Assembly: GCA_964276515.1 (NCBI GenBank)
Contig: OZ193909.1
Coordinates: 17,236,001-17,300,000 of the forward strand
Direction: 5' to 3'
DNA: 64,000 nucleotides
From: Gordius albopunctatus
Taxonomy: Eukaryota
Part shown: one piece after another, positions 10,020 to 24,215 of the stretch
Numbering within the stretch: the stretch's first letter is position 1
How the letters are laid out: the number at the start of each line of letters is the position of its first letter
The notes under the pieces: generated by a model
The model's input: only the letters and a program-made list of their open reading frames with translations
Database searches by the model: none
What the model was told of the DNA's origin: nothing
Program-made: the position numbers and the translations under genes

Positions 10020-13000
10020 AATACTCGTGAATTAATTGAATAAATCAATTAAGTTTAGTGGTACCTCCGCGAGGTATAAATAAATCAATTACATTTAGTG
10101 GTGAATCCGCGAGGTATGCTTGATTGGTCAATTAACGTCGCGAAGTAGTAAGGTAATGTAAATGAGTCAATTTAGCTTCAAATCAATTAAGACAATGGAC
10201 GCAACAAATATTCCGCTGGGTAAAAACGGAGTTCATATAAAATTAACAAACTTTTTGGGGCAATGAACTTGGATTGGGAAGTGGTACGCTAGGTTTTGTG
10301 GAAGGTTTTGTTGAAGGAACAATGGTGGGTTGGTTTGAATTTTGAGTCGGTGAGTGATCGTTTGGTTTGGTGAATTTGGGTCAACTGATGAATTCTGGTT
10401 ATCAACTTTAGGCTCGAGGAAAGCTGGCTTTAATCGATAAATCGAGACAGTGTCTTTCCTACCATTGTGGTCTATGATAAAAAATTTAGTATGTTTTTCA
10501 ATCACTTTGAAAGGTCCTTCATAAAGGGGAATCAAGGCTTTGCGTAGCCGATCAGTCCTAATAAAAACATGGGTTGATGTAAATAAATTTTCGGACATTT
10601 GTTGTTTGATGTTCGATGGTCTGGAAGGTGTAAATCGTACATCATCGAACTTCTGTCTATGGCGTTGAATGTAATCGGCGGCGTTTATGTCGCGATCCGA
10701 AGGTTGTAAAAAATCGCCTGGGAGTCGTTAAGAAGTACCGTATACCAACTCCGCGCTTGAACATGCGAGGTCTTCCTTAACGGTGTTGCGAATCCCTAGG
10801 AGTACAAGAGGAATAAGTTCAGACCAACGGGTAACGTCACCTTTTGTCATGATTGAACTTTTGAGCTGTCGGTGAAATCGTTCTACCATCCCATTGGCTT
10901 GTGGATGGTAAGCTGTCGTAGTGATATGATGATACCCTAATAAAATAGATAATTGTTTAAAAAGGGCAGATTGGAATTGCGGTCCCCGGTTCGTGGTTAA
11001 GGTCGCCGGAACACCAAAGTTGGCTATCCAGTGTGTCAAAAATTTGCGTGCAACGGTTTCGTCTGTTGCGTCAATAATGGGAATTGCAATCGGCCATCGG
11101 GTGAAACGATCAACGGCAGTAAAAATATAAATGTGGCCGTAAAAAGGTGGTAAGGATCCGACGAGATCTACATGTACGTGGCTAAACCTTGCGTCTGGTT
11201 CAGCGAACGTGTCTGGGGTTGATATTACGTGTCTATTTACCTTGCATTTTTGACATTCAATGCATTGCTTTGTTCAATCGCGTACATCTTTGTTCATTCC
11301 CGGCCAGACGAAACGTTGGGTAATTAGTTTAAGTGTTGGGCGTAAGGCTGGGTGAGAAAGACCATGTAGTTGATTAAAAACTATGCGTCGGAGCCTACTA
11401 GGTACTAAAGGTCTCGAAGTCGATGTAGATGTATCGCACGTAATAGTTAAATTTGTACCTGGAATTACGCGTTGTTCCAGTTTAAGACATTCGAGCTCTT
11501 CTAGTTGATATTGCTCTTGTTTTTGTGTCATAGCAATTCTTTCTGTGATGCATGTGTTCGGTTGTTGGATAAAGTTTGGTTGCTGTATGGAATCGATAGA
11601 GATTCGGGACAAAGTATCTGCTACTATATTCGCTTTACCTTTAATAAACTGTATATCTGAAGTGAATTGGGAGATATAGTCTAATTGTCGTATTTCGCGC
11701 GGTGAGTATTTATCGGATTTAGAAGTGAGAGCATAAGTTAACGTAAAAACTGTAAAATAGCGACCTTCTAAAATATGTCGGTACTGTTTAATTGAAAGAT
11801 AAATTGCTAGCAGTTCTCTCCCGAATGTACTGTATCGAGTTTGTGTTTTGCTCAATTTCAGGGAGAAAAAGGATAAAAGACTAATTTCCCCTTTTACGAT
11901 CTGATGTAGAATGGCTCCAATGGCAGAGTTTGACGCTTCGGTTGTAATAGAGATGTTGGCACCATCCACTAAATGATTAAGTGTCGAGATTTCATCGAGC
12001 ATTATTTTAATCTTGTGGAATGCGTCGTGTACGGTCTGCGTCATGTCCAAAGATCCTTTTGCGTCGTTGAGGAGATCAGTCAGTGGTTATAGATGGAGTG
12101 CACAGTTGGGTATCAAACGCATGTAAAAATTTACTATTCCCACGAAACGACGTAGTTGTGTCATAGTAGTCGGGGTGGCAAAATTCTTGATGGCTGAGAT
12201 CTTCTCCGGTATTGGCTTTAAACCTAGTGGGGAAACTTGATGTCCTAGGAAATCCAGAGAAGAACGTCCCGATTGGCACTTGTCCAGGTTGATCTTTATA
12301 TCAAAATCTCTTAATCGTGTAAAAACTTGACGTAAGTGGTCTAAATGTTCACTAGTTGATGTACTTGCGATCAAAATATCGTCCAAATATGCAAAGGCGA
12401 AATTGAGACCACGGAGAGCTTGGTCAATGAAGCGTTGGAATGTTTGAGCAGCATTTCGTAAACTAAAAGGCATTCGCAAAAATTCATAAAGACCGAAAGT
12501 TGTGGTTATTGCAGTCTTTGCGATGTCCTCCAAGGCTACGGGTATTTGATGGTAAGCTCTGAATAGATCTATTTTTGTATAGATGGTTGTGCCAGCTAGG
12601 TTGAGTGAGAAATCGTGCAGGCGTGGCAAGGGGTAATGATCCGGTATCGTTATAACGTTAAGGGCTCGGTAATCTCCACACTGTCGCCAATCTCCGGGAG
12701 TTTTTTTCGGAACCATGTGCAATGGAGAACTCCAGGAGCTTTCTGAAGGTTGAATTATGTTGAGTTCGAGCATGTGAGTAAACTCCTGTCTGGCAATTTT
12801 TGGCTTGACAGGGTCTAAGCGTCTAGGTCTGGCATAAACTGGTGGTCCTAGTGTACGTATGTGGTGGACTACTTGGTGGCTTACGCGTGACCTGTAATTT
12901 GGAGGGGCATAAATCTCGGGGAACTCTTTCAAAACATTTTTAAAATACGGTGAATCGATCTTTATTACGAGTTGTCAATTGTACAAGTTCGAATCAATAT

Positions 13001-14015
13001 ATCGCCCATAAGACTTTAAAGTAGTCTTAGGGTCTAACAAACATTTGCGGCGTATATCAATGAGGAGGTTATAATGACTTAAAAAATCAGCCCGATTATG
13101 GGTGTCTTAACGTCGGCGATGGTAAAAACCCATTGAAAACTTCTCCGTAAGTTAAGGTCCAGTTTCATTGATTTCTGACCATAGGTCAGTATGGAACTAT
13201 TGTTTGCAGCTTGGAGTGGTTACGTGGGGGTGGTATGACACTTAGTTCCACGCCTGTATCTATTAAAAACGAAATTTGGTTGATTTATCGTAAATAAAAA
13301 ATAAGCGACGGATGTTATGGCCTGAACCAGGTGTCGGGGATTCTGGCAGGCCTATGGGCTTGACAAATAAAGCGGGGTATAATTACAAGGTTGTCGGCAT
13401 TGCGTGGCCTTTTCCTTATATCTTTGGTGATGCCAACACGAATCCTGGGGAACTTCTGCGCGGGGTTGAAACGGGGATCGAAATCGCCTTGTTATAGACC
13501 TACTTCTCGACCGAAAACGATTTTTTTGACTGACCTCTTGCCGTAATGTCTCGATGCTCACGCTCAGTCTATTGACTATGTCTCTGAGCGTCTCAATATC
13601 GTTGCTTGATCTCTGTGTAGCAGGGGCGACGTTGGATATTTGAGGCATATGGTATGTTTCCAGGATTACAAGTTTGCGTATAAAAAGGGTTGGGTAAGAG
13701 AAGGGTAGAAGAGGGACGTATAAGAAGAGTGGGTCACCAATATCGGGAAGTAAATACCATTATTGTATATCCAATTAAAGTAAATCGTTTGCGAGAAAAG
13801 TGAGTAAGAAGTGTTTTAAACTCCTTTATATACTCATGAATTAATTGAATAAGTCAATTAAGTTTAGTGGTGCCTCCGCGAGGTATAAATAAATCAATTA
13901 CATTTAGTGGCGAATCCGCGAGGTATGCCTGATTTGTCAATTAACGTCGCGAAGTAGTAAGGTAATGTAAATGAGTCAATAAAGCTCAAAATCAATTAGG
14001 ACAATGGACGCAACA
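10020..14015 (-). mobile_element. Decayed Gypsy LTR retrotransposon, CsRn1 lineage
   Basis: 5' LTR 13741-14015 starts TGTTG on minus; 3' LTR about 10020-10206 is truncated at its outer end. PBS TGGTGACCC (13731-13739) is complementary to the tRNA-Trp 3' end. Gag has CX2HX9CX3C (CWHHQRYKEKATQCRQPC). Domain order PR-RT-RH-IN. Confidence 0.92.
10233..13648 (-). pseudogene. Frameshifted gag-pol
   Basis: Protease FLIDTG near 13260, RT YLDD (12087-12932), RNase H (11274-12050), integrase TTAYHPQANGMVERFHRQLK and a GPF motif. Broken into several ORFs; most of the gag N-terminus is absent. Confidence 0.9.
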
Positions 14016-14185
14016 TGTGCACGCACATAGATTGGCTTAAATAAAGTCTTTGTGTACTTTTAATTAAGGTTAGATGATAACGCCTGTACATATGATTGCA
14101 ACGAGTTGGAAATATTCGTACACTTGATATAAATTTAGACAACTTGTCGATTTTGCTCTACTCACCTGTTGAAAGCTTATTCAAT

Positions 14186-17100
14186 ATGGCTTTCAATAAA
14201 AAATATGCAAAACCAAACATTTTGGATGGCATAGATGTACTTAAATTATTTAATTTTAGAACCGTATTCTTAGGATTATGAAGAAATTTGGGTTGAAAAA
14301 GATGTTCAAACTGACAACGAACCTGTTATGTACTCCAAATCTGATAATTGTGAAAATGATTTTGATGACCTCATGTCAAAGTATGCCACATTGGATAATA
14401 AAAATGATCGGCTGAATCAAAAAATTGCTAAAGAAAAAGAATTAGAAGTAAATAAATGAAGTTATACTATAAATATTTGTATAGAATATAAGACAATCAA
14501 GAGAGCTGAACCCAAATTTCAAATCTCAGTCTCTCAATGATGGAAAGAATTCAGGTCTTTCAAATATAACTGCTGGAGATGGTGGAGCAAGTTGGCTAAG
14601 AAAATCATTTAAAAGGGCAAAAGAACAAGCCATAGAAAGAGGATGTTCTTTGGATCAAATTATATCTGAAAGATGGGGAGTAGGTATCATTTTGATGTCC
14701 TTCTAGTTTGTTAATTTGGATTTGTTATTTTATCTTCAAATAAGTCTATGCATAAGTCTAGTTATAAATTATAACGTCAGCTTAATAATTTCTTCTTCTT
14801 AGGTTCTTTCCTTTGATTTATGTCAACTATAATTATAGTTCAATATATCATAAAAGCCTTATTAATTTTAATAAATATTTTGCTTTTGCTAGTCCTTAGA
14901 AATTTTTAAAAATTTGTTGGAAGAAGCTGAAAAGAAGGAAGACCTATTTTTGCAAACAAAACAACCACATGAGCAAATAAATTATTCTCGTAATTACAAG
15001 AATAACAGGTATAACCAAAACAGGGGCTACGATAAAGAAAGGCCACAATTTATTAGGCCAAATATCAAGGACAATGGCCATAATAATGGATCTGATTTGC
15101 ATCAAAACAAATCTTTATCATCACAATCACATAATGATAGAGCTCAAAATTGGAGAAAGAAGAATAACATTAATAATGATGATAATATAAATATACACAA
15201 AGAAATTAGATTAGAGCAAAGCCAAATTTTATCTTCTAAAGGTATTAATACAATAAATTTTATTTTGACCATAAAAGTTACTTGTGTCTTAAAAGATGTT
15301 TTTAAAAGTAGCAACATTGTTAATGCTAATTAAATATTTAATTTTTGTGTATCTGTATAATAAAACTTAGTTTATATTTATTAAGTGGTTATTTTTCTTT
15401 TAACTTTCATAAGATCATGATACTGAATCAATGTCAGAGCAGGCTAAAGAAAATAATGAAACTCGCAGTTTATATGAAATATATCAAAGTGCCGTCTTCA
15501 ATCCCAATCAACCTTTAACACTTTACACTTTAAACAAAATTGGAGCTGAACGCTTGAGGTGCATCATCGATAAAGATCAATCTGGCCAAAACAAATGGGA
15601 GTCAATTTTAAAACCCGCTAGAGAAAAATACCTTGCAACAGCTAGTAATAGGACACCCCGAACCAACAATTATAACAATTATCAAAACAAGAGAACCTAT
15701 CAAGGAAATGTAATACTCTTAACTCTGACTTTTGATATATATTTATAATATAAATCATTTTGGGCAAACGTTGAAGTTCTACATGCATATATGATTAATG
15801 TATATAATTGCAAAGGGTTAAGACTCTTCAGCAATTTCATTAAATACCAACAAAGTTACGACATCGGCGCATATACTACACATTTGCTCACTGGGCAAGT
15901 TTTACCTATTGCCTAATATTTTGCAGGAAAATCTTTACGACACATTACTATTAATAACAACCTACCCTACCTATAGACCTTCTTACCATCACTACATACA
16001 AGTTACGATGTTTATTATTTCCCAATATCCCATCCTTAAAGCGGCGCCCGGGTGAAAAAAATCACCGCGGACCAGGGGCACCCTTTACAGACCCCGACCT
16101 GAAGACCATGGTGGCGCTTGAGAAGAGGCAAACGGGGCGGGATGCAGAGGCAGATTTTATCAATATGGGCATAACTTTTGGCCATCACCAGAAGCCTTTC
16201 GGTGGGCCCGATGACGAATTAAGCTTGGACGAGCCGCTAATGCCCAGCTCAGACTCGCGCGAGGCTAAGCGAATCAAGGTGGAAATGGAACGGTCGATTC
16301 AACGCGGCCGTGATCATACCATTAAAAGTGAGCAAATTTTGATGTCTATTTTTGCATAGCATAGATAGACTGATAAATAAAATAGACTGACTAATAGCCG
16401 ATAATAATTGATAAATAAGGGATGTAGGTTGCCATCTTTGTGGAATACCTTAATTATTGAACCTCTAAGGGCTTGTCTTAATATCGGATTTTGCGACGCA
16501 GCAAAAATCGTCGTACGGGTTATAACGTAGCCGTCTCTTAACTTCGAATCCACAGTAGCAGATTTTGCATATCAAACGCGTAACATAACAACGATTTCGT
16601 AAGATGCAAAATTTTTTGTAAGCTTAAATGTTGTACGTTTGTAAATTTTTAGGTATCAGCAAAGTTTAGATTTAATTTCAAGAATTGAAATAAACAAAAA
16701 AATAGGTTTTTAACTATCAAAAAAACAAAATATTAATTATCACAACCGAGTTTGACCCATGAAATTTAATCGGATTTGACTCTGAACCCAATGGTGAGAC
16801 AAGCCCTAAGGCATTTTGTTGAATAATTGCACGTTAAGACTACCTATGGAAGGATGATCCTTTTATCTTCTCCTTATTCTTTCTTTCATGACTTTCCTGC
16901 AATTTTTAACTTGCATTTAATAGCGGCTTACGTTGCTTAATAAACTTCAACGCCAAAACGAGGTGTTCATCATCATCAGTCAATCATACCATTAGCCGTC
17001 TATGTTGTATATTACGTGGAAAATAGGCTCGTTTAATTGCACTGTTGGACAGCTGCTACCAGCTTTGTGGCTTAAAGGGATCGAAGGTTGACCAGAAAAT

Positions 17101-20100
17101 TTTAAGAGGCGGCGGAAAATTTTGTGTAGAAAATATCTTTAAGCCCAAGCGTTTCGGATGGGGTTCTAGTAAGATAGCGATGAACGGCGTGCGTTTACAC
17201 AAAAATTGGAAAAACATTTTTACCCCCAGATGCTAGTATATATGAGAGGTCATATAGACTCCAAGGTTAGCTATTCGGGTATTTAAGTTCTTTAGAATTT
17301 GAGGCCATTGTTAATTGCTTGGGACCCGCAAGGTAGGTATACATTATAGATGATATATAATTGCCACAATCATTCCATATTATGATGATGTTGGTAATAT
17401 TAATTTTACATCATTACGCGTTTACCTCGCCGCTTAGATTACAAAAACGCCTTGTCTTCCATCGAAAATTGCTACTTGTGTTTCGATAGCCCGCTCCTAG
17501 TCAAGCACGCTATCGCCTCGTACGGGCTTAAGGTAACAACTTACATCTATCTACCTACCCACTCCCCCTTGTCCAGAAGGCAAAATCGTGTTTAAAGTTT
17601 AGATGCTTTAATGTTATTGCCCCAATGTCACTTTTATATGTGACTAATTTTATTTCTAACGGGAATTGCTACATTTTGATGGTTATAAGTTTATTTGATG
17701 AATTTTGTCACGGGAAATTCATTAACTGCTAAGAGCTTGACATTTTAGAATTATGGAAATTATAGAATTTATAAGCATGTGTTTCAATATTTTTATTTTG
17801 CCCCTTAATTTTAACGGGTATCCAACTTCGATTTACGGATAAAGCCATCTTTTATCGCTGTCTAAAGTACGGGAATCTTTCGCCTATTGACGCTTTAAAT
17901 GTAAGCGTTAAATGGCCTCGAAATAGTCGATTCACAAACCTTTATTCTATAATCCTGTTCTTCGAAACTAGTTTATTTACTTTGGATAATATCATAAGTC
18001 AAAAACACAAATTTTTGAAGGATAAATCTTTACACCCGTTTAATTACTATGAGCTTAGATTAAACCCTTGAAAGCACCTTAATTTAGCGTAAACCTGACG
18101 TCTTTATACCCAAAAAATACGTTGTGATGTTAGGTTTCTTTGTTATATACAATTATTTTTGAGCCGAAACTGATATATTCCATACCTGAATATCATTCCA
18201 AAAATATAACTTACCCTAATATAATCCTTAACACTTCCTTAAGTTAGAGTTCAGACCATGGGCGTAGCTAGCATTGGGATTACAGGGGGGGGCAATAATG
18301 ATTTAGAGAGGGGCAAAATGATCATTTTTTGAAATTTTAGCCATGATCTTAATAAATTTTTACTCTTTGCCCCCCCCCTGGCTATGCCTATGGTTCAAAC
18401 ACTTTTTAAATAATTTCTTGAATACTATATGTAATAGCTGATTGACTTTATATTTTACCTGTTTGTCCGGTCTTGACTTGGCAGAGTTACATAGCGTTGC
18501 CGGTTTACACGCCCCTTGTGCCCTGGGAATGCTACATATGTCCCATGAATCATTTGACTAGCGATCACGACTTAGATACCGAAACCACCAGGGAAATTAA
18601 GGTTAGCTTTTCAATTATTTATTTATTAATCGTGTGAAGGTCACGGAAAATTTTATCATCAGGCAAAAGATCACTATGGAAATGGTCAAATCCAACACGA
18701 TTTCCATACACGGATCAATACCATCCAATTAGTTTTTAAAATTAATTAATTGGCTTTCAATATTTTAAAAAGTGTTTTCGACTTTTAATTTATTATGAGT
18801 TTAATCGACAAAAATCTGACAGTTTTCACATGTTTTGCCCTAGGTATTGAGAGTTTATTTATATGCATTATGGTGATAAGTTAGTTCGTGTTTTATGGGG
18901 ATAACAATTTTAAGAAATTCTTCTTTTACGCTGAAGATACTCAGCTTAGGGTAATAAATTGTTATTTTGTGGCCTGAAATTTTTCAGTTGTCCAAAAGAA
19001 AAAGAGGTTAACTAAGTATTAATTACTCAGTGTTGTAAGAACGGGTGGGTTGTGTTCACCAAAAAGCCTTTGGTCTATTAGATGCGACTGAAAGCGACTC
19101 AAACCTAAGGTGAACCAGGGAAAAACCAACCGTTGGTTACAGCACTAAGGAATTAATTTAACATAGGGATCGATGTTTATCAATAGCCTTTGCTTTTTCA
19201 GAATTTTCAAGATTCGTTATGCCAGATGTTTGGGAGGCATGGTATGGAGGCGGTTTTTCTTTACGGATCTTTTAATGCGAAAAAGTTTTTCCACTACAAA
19301 ATAACTTGCATTCCGCTCCCCTACAAAACGGCTAGTCAGGTTCCTATGTACTTTAAGGTAACAACGCAAAAGTTTGGCATCCGCGTTACATTTGTTAAAC
19401 TGTTTTGCCTTGCCATTATAAATTGAACGATTCACTTTCGATGAGACATTTTTAATCCGATAAAAGTTTCGTTTTCAATTCACTTCCTTTCATACATTAA
19501 TTCGTACCCATAATTATAAACTATGCCGATTTCAAAAGCTATTGCACTGCTTATTATAACTAATCAATAATATTCCAAATTTTAGCTTGCCATAAAAAGT
19601 TTATACTGATTAATCATTTGCCGGTCTCCGATGAATCAAGGAACGTAAACCATAAACCTCCAAATTGTTTATGAATTGCGCCCGTTTCTATGCATGCTTA
19701 ATTTTTTTTTAATCCCTTACTATACGCGCCCGTTACGCAGAAAGCTATCATGGAATCGGAGTACGAATGGAGCGATAACAAGAAAATAATCGAAATTTCG
19801 GGGTCTGATGGACCGCAAAAATGCGTGCCCAAAGGCTTTCCTTACTTCGCCTTCACCCTGGGATCCCCGCTTCAAAACGGCAAGGGCTATGCTCACGTCA
19901 TCGAAAATAAAGCGGGTTTTCCCCAATCCTTCGGCAAAGTAGGAACTATGGATTAGAATTTATACTACTACAAGGTGTTTACCCATGATGTACTCAGTTT
20001 GGCGAAGATATCTCTATGGTGGCCGGGGGGGGTGGTTGGGAAGAATATAGTTATTATTTTATTAAGAATCGTATTGCGTATAATGATTTAACCTACGAAT

Positions 20101-20617
20101 AAAGATTTCTTAATTACACTTTTAGGGAATCCGTTCGTATTTTTGTATTGCCCACTCCTACTACCATTGATTCTTGTTGCATACTACTTGTTTGATGTCA
20201 GCGACAAATTTTTAAATGGCTTTAGAAACTTTGTAAATGTATATTTTGCTCGAATCATGATGCGAAGCTGTTTACAATGACAAAAAATTTAATTTTTTTC
20301 TCTCGTGCTAGGTAATGTTTAATAATGCCCATAAGCACAACCAATAAGTAAGTTATTGATATAGTTTATTATGAGATTGTCATTTGGAAGACCGTATATA
20401 AAACTGATTTTTAAAATTAAGCTCCCGTTAAAATTATTTAGAAATGTATAATCTTTTCCCTTGATTATTTATGCAGGAAGTGATTGGTGGTATAATAGAT
20501 GCGGATCCTAGCCTATATAGGAAGCCCCGTAATCGACCATTTGATGAGATATCAGATGCCATGCTTAAATTTATGGAGGCCTGGAAACCGTTTGATTTCA
20601 CCAAAAATGCCGAATGA
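14186..20617 (+). CDS. CWF19L2: CWF19-like protein 2 (spliceosome-associated, CwfJ C-terminal domains), 11 exons, about 685 aa
   Basis: Exons 14186-14236, 14274-14447, 14485-14679, 14893-15241, 15414-15709, 16042-16327, 17438-17532, 18485-18601, 19202-19357, 19741-19938, 20477-20617. All introns are GT-AG and in phase. Motifs RELNP, GDGGASWLRKS, CYLCFDS, PMYFKKAIMESEYEWS, VPKGFPYF, GYAHVIE, WKPFDFTK. The first exon is the least certain. Confidence 0.92.
18257..18392. mobile_element. hAT-type MITE (CATGGGCGTAGC TIR family)
   Basis: TIR catgggcgtagc / gctatgcctatg; 8-bp TSD gttcagac / gttcaaac. Confidence 0.8.
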
Positions 20618-20953
20618 CAATTTTTAAGTTAATTTAAATCGTGAAATTGTGAAATTACCTTACAAATGTCGATTTGTTGCTTTATGCATATAATCCTAAT
20701 AAATTTTATATATCATGGCGATTGTGTTTGTGTATATCGACAATAAAGGAGTTATATTGTTTTTTGATTTATAAGCAACATATTTATAAGCAATGATTCA
20801 TTACTATGTGAAACGTGGTATATTAACACTATTAATAATGTGATCGCTTTTTTGACCCTTGCAAAAGCTTGAACATCTAATTATATGCAAAAAAATTAAT
20901 ATTTTAAGGGCGTATTAAGAATTTTAAGTTTGATTTTCTTAATGTATTTCACT

Positions 20954-21856
20954 TAGAACCCTGCATGGGTGACCCGATCCGGGTTGAAAATTTTAAAATG
21001 CCTACGTGTTGGGTTCGAGTTAAAAATTATTGACTCTGGTCCGGATGGGGTTCAAGGTTAAGGATCTTATATTGCAGAATAGACATCCTTTAAATTAATG
21101 CGATTATATATAATATTTTATAATTAATATCGAAATGTATGATTAATTTTTCTCACATTCAAAATTAATTTCTTTTAAGTTATATCTGAATTTTGGATTT
21201 GCGCAATCAAAAACTCGGATAGGTAGAATATCTTCATTGATGCTATTAGGGTAAACATTTAATTGATATCACAAAACTTATGATTTCTAAATTCTTATTT
21301 TTCATTTTTAAATATTAATGTCTCAACTTGTTTTACCGCCTAACATATACACTAGAATAAAATTATCATAATTATTTATTAAACGAATGATTAAATTGTA
21401 TAAAAAATATTATTTTACAAACTTGATTTTAAAAATTAGAGTTTTTTGAAGAAAATGATCAACTTTCTCCTTTCATTTTTGCACAAATGCCACAACCATT
21501 ATTAGCATTAAAATAGAAATTGCTTGATAACACAGACCTACTCATTTTAATTTAGCAAAAGTTCAAGAAATCTGAATTTTTATGGTGCCTACTGAAGATA
21601 ATGAATGGCTTGTTAAGAGAGATACTTTAGGTGAAATATACTAAAAAAAACTTTTCTAAATTAATATCTGCTTTTTTTCCAAATAATACTTTCACTTCTG
21701 GCAAAAATCTTTTATGTTGTTGTTGTTTCTTGGGAGATAACATTTTGTTGCCAACCATCAAAATAAATTTTACACCAATCACATTTTTTACTTTCGGGTT
21801 GAAAAATTCAAAACGCTTTCGGTTCGGGTTGAACAAAATGACTTTGCAGGGCTCTA
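20954..21856. mobile_element. Non-autonomous DNA transposon with TAGAGCCCTGCA-like TIRs
   Basis: Ends tagaaccctgca / tgcagggctcta, with subterminal cgggttg repeats. A related partial copy lies at about 22703-22910. No clear TSD. Confidence 0.65.
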
Positions 21857-21959
21857 TGTTTAAAAATTATAGTAATCTATATAGCGATTAAATGGGTTAT
21901 ATAAACAAAGGTATAGAGGGATAAACAATATGTAGTTCCGATTCAAAGAAAGTTGATTG

Positions 21960-22195
21960 TGAGAAGATTGAGATGGTATGGCGGCCATTTTGAAAGACGT
22001 GAGGAAAGTGACCTGGCAACGCGTATCAAGAAGGTGCAAGTCGAAGGTAAGCGAAAGAGGAAAACTCAAGCTGTCATGGAAACATAAAATAGATATGGAA
22101 TTGAGGGGGTACGAGCTAAAGCGAAGCTGGTGTAAGTGCAGGAATTCTACTTCAACAAGCTAACCATAACCATCAAGTGTGAAAAACAGCTATAG
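21960..22195 (+). mobile_element. Old 3' fragment of an RTE-like LINE
   Basis: Translates as RLRWYGGHFERREESDLATRIKKVQVEGKRKRGK, the RTE C-terminal signature. Confidence 0.65.
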
Positions 22196-24215
22196 GAAAA
22201 AATTATTTATTTGTTAATAAATAAATAAACATATAAGAGTAATGATGACATTTTAATAAAAATCGAATTAATATATAAACGATGGCATTTAGGTATATAT
22301 AATAGCATTTCATCAATATTTAAAGTTTTAAAAATTAATCCCTAAAAGTTTATTTTTGTTTTATAAGTTTTATTAATAAAGTTTTTTTTGTCTATTAATC
22401 ATTTGTCATAATAACATATTGCAAAATTTAATCTCGAAAAGATGGTGACAAAGTTTAAATTTTTGAGAGGATGTTTCAACTTGATTTTAATCATCTTTTA
22501 GACCTTAAAAATGTTAATCAAAAAGCGATGATCCATAAAACTCTTCGTGAGATTTAAACAGCTTAAATCATTTAAAATGTGTTTTTATGTTACAAAAATA
22601 TAGAAATTCCATCTATTTTGGTAATCCCCACATGTTTACTAGAATTTTATTTTATTAAAGATGAATGTCATCAGCTTAAAATCTTAAAAAACATACTCTA
22701 TACTAGAGAACTGCCCGACCCCGGGTTGAAAATTTTGGAATGTTTTCGCATCGGGTTCGGGTTGAAAATTTTGAAATGCTTTCGGGTCAGGTTGGATTCA
22801 AAGTGTGGGGTCAAAGGTTATGAATCTTAGATTGCAGAATGCACCTGACATATCTTTAAAAATAATGCTATTATATATAATATTTTTTAATTAATATCGA
22901 AATTTATAATTGAAGATCATTCATTAAGTTAATTAAAATTCCTTTTGTTTTTTTAAATTTGGACGCAAATTTAAATTTGACTCGTGATGGGTAAAATATA
23001 TCAACAAAATAAATAGCAATTAATATTTTTATTTTGTATTTAAATAGTGTGAAGTGGTAGTTCATTAAATATATATTCATAGAACAAATAAGTTTATGTT
23101 TAAATTTATTAATTGATCCATTTGCAAAACTCTATATTTCGAATTGAGTGTGACCAGATATTGTATCCTATCATATATATATCTCTATAATAAATCATTA
23201 AAATAAATTTAGTAATCGAAATCTGTGGAATCAATTATTTTCATAAATCGCACTTTGTCGATTAAATTTTAAACACCCTCATGGGAGTAGCCAGGAAATG
23301 GAAATTAGAGGTGGGGCAATAATGATTATGCGATCATTTTTTTAATTTTAGCCATAATTTGATAAAATATCTAAGATTTTTTGGATTTAGAGCTTCGATT
23401 TTGGCTTTATTAATAATATTCATGGCTGATATCATATTAGTAGCATTATCAGTGGTAATAGCCACCACTTTATTGGATATATTAAATTTGTTTATTATAC
23501 TTAATATTTTTTTGCCTATATTATTCCCCGTATGTGGGTAGGGGATATTTGTTCATTTTCACCCATACCATACCCATAGTAGAGCTAGAGTTAGAGTCGA
23601 AATCGTAACAATTCGTAGAAATGTTAATGTTATACGTGAAAAAAAAGAAATGAATTTAAAATGGTATGATAAAGAGCCTAGCGAGCAACCATGCCGCCTT
23701 GTTGTGCCATAATTTATATATTTAGTTTAGATTTAGAACTTAACTTAAATCTGATATGTTTAAATATGGTATTGCTATTGCACATTGCAACGAGAGAAGG
23801 GAGAGAGTGGAGTGGGTGCATTAGTTTTAGTATATATATATATTATATCTACATGGGGGTGGTGATATGTCCGAGTCGCGCGGGATGTTGTTCTCTGATA
23901 TTGAAAATAGAGTTTAATAATATAATTTTAATTAATACAATTAATTTAAAATGCTACAAATATAAAATAAATAAGTCTTTATCTTTTACAAGAGGCGAGG
24001 AATTCAAAACATATTTAATATTAAATTTTGTGAATAAAATTGCTGTTGATTATTTTTAAAAAAAATGCCGGGAATATTTAGAGGAGGATCTGTTAGCTGT
24101 CATTAATTTAGAATAAAGAATTTTAAAAAATATTAATTTTTAATTGAATTCAAAATCTGCTCTCGAATGGCCAGATAAATCTCACTTTATAATCCTTTTC
24201 TATTTATTGTCATTT

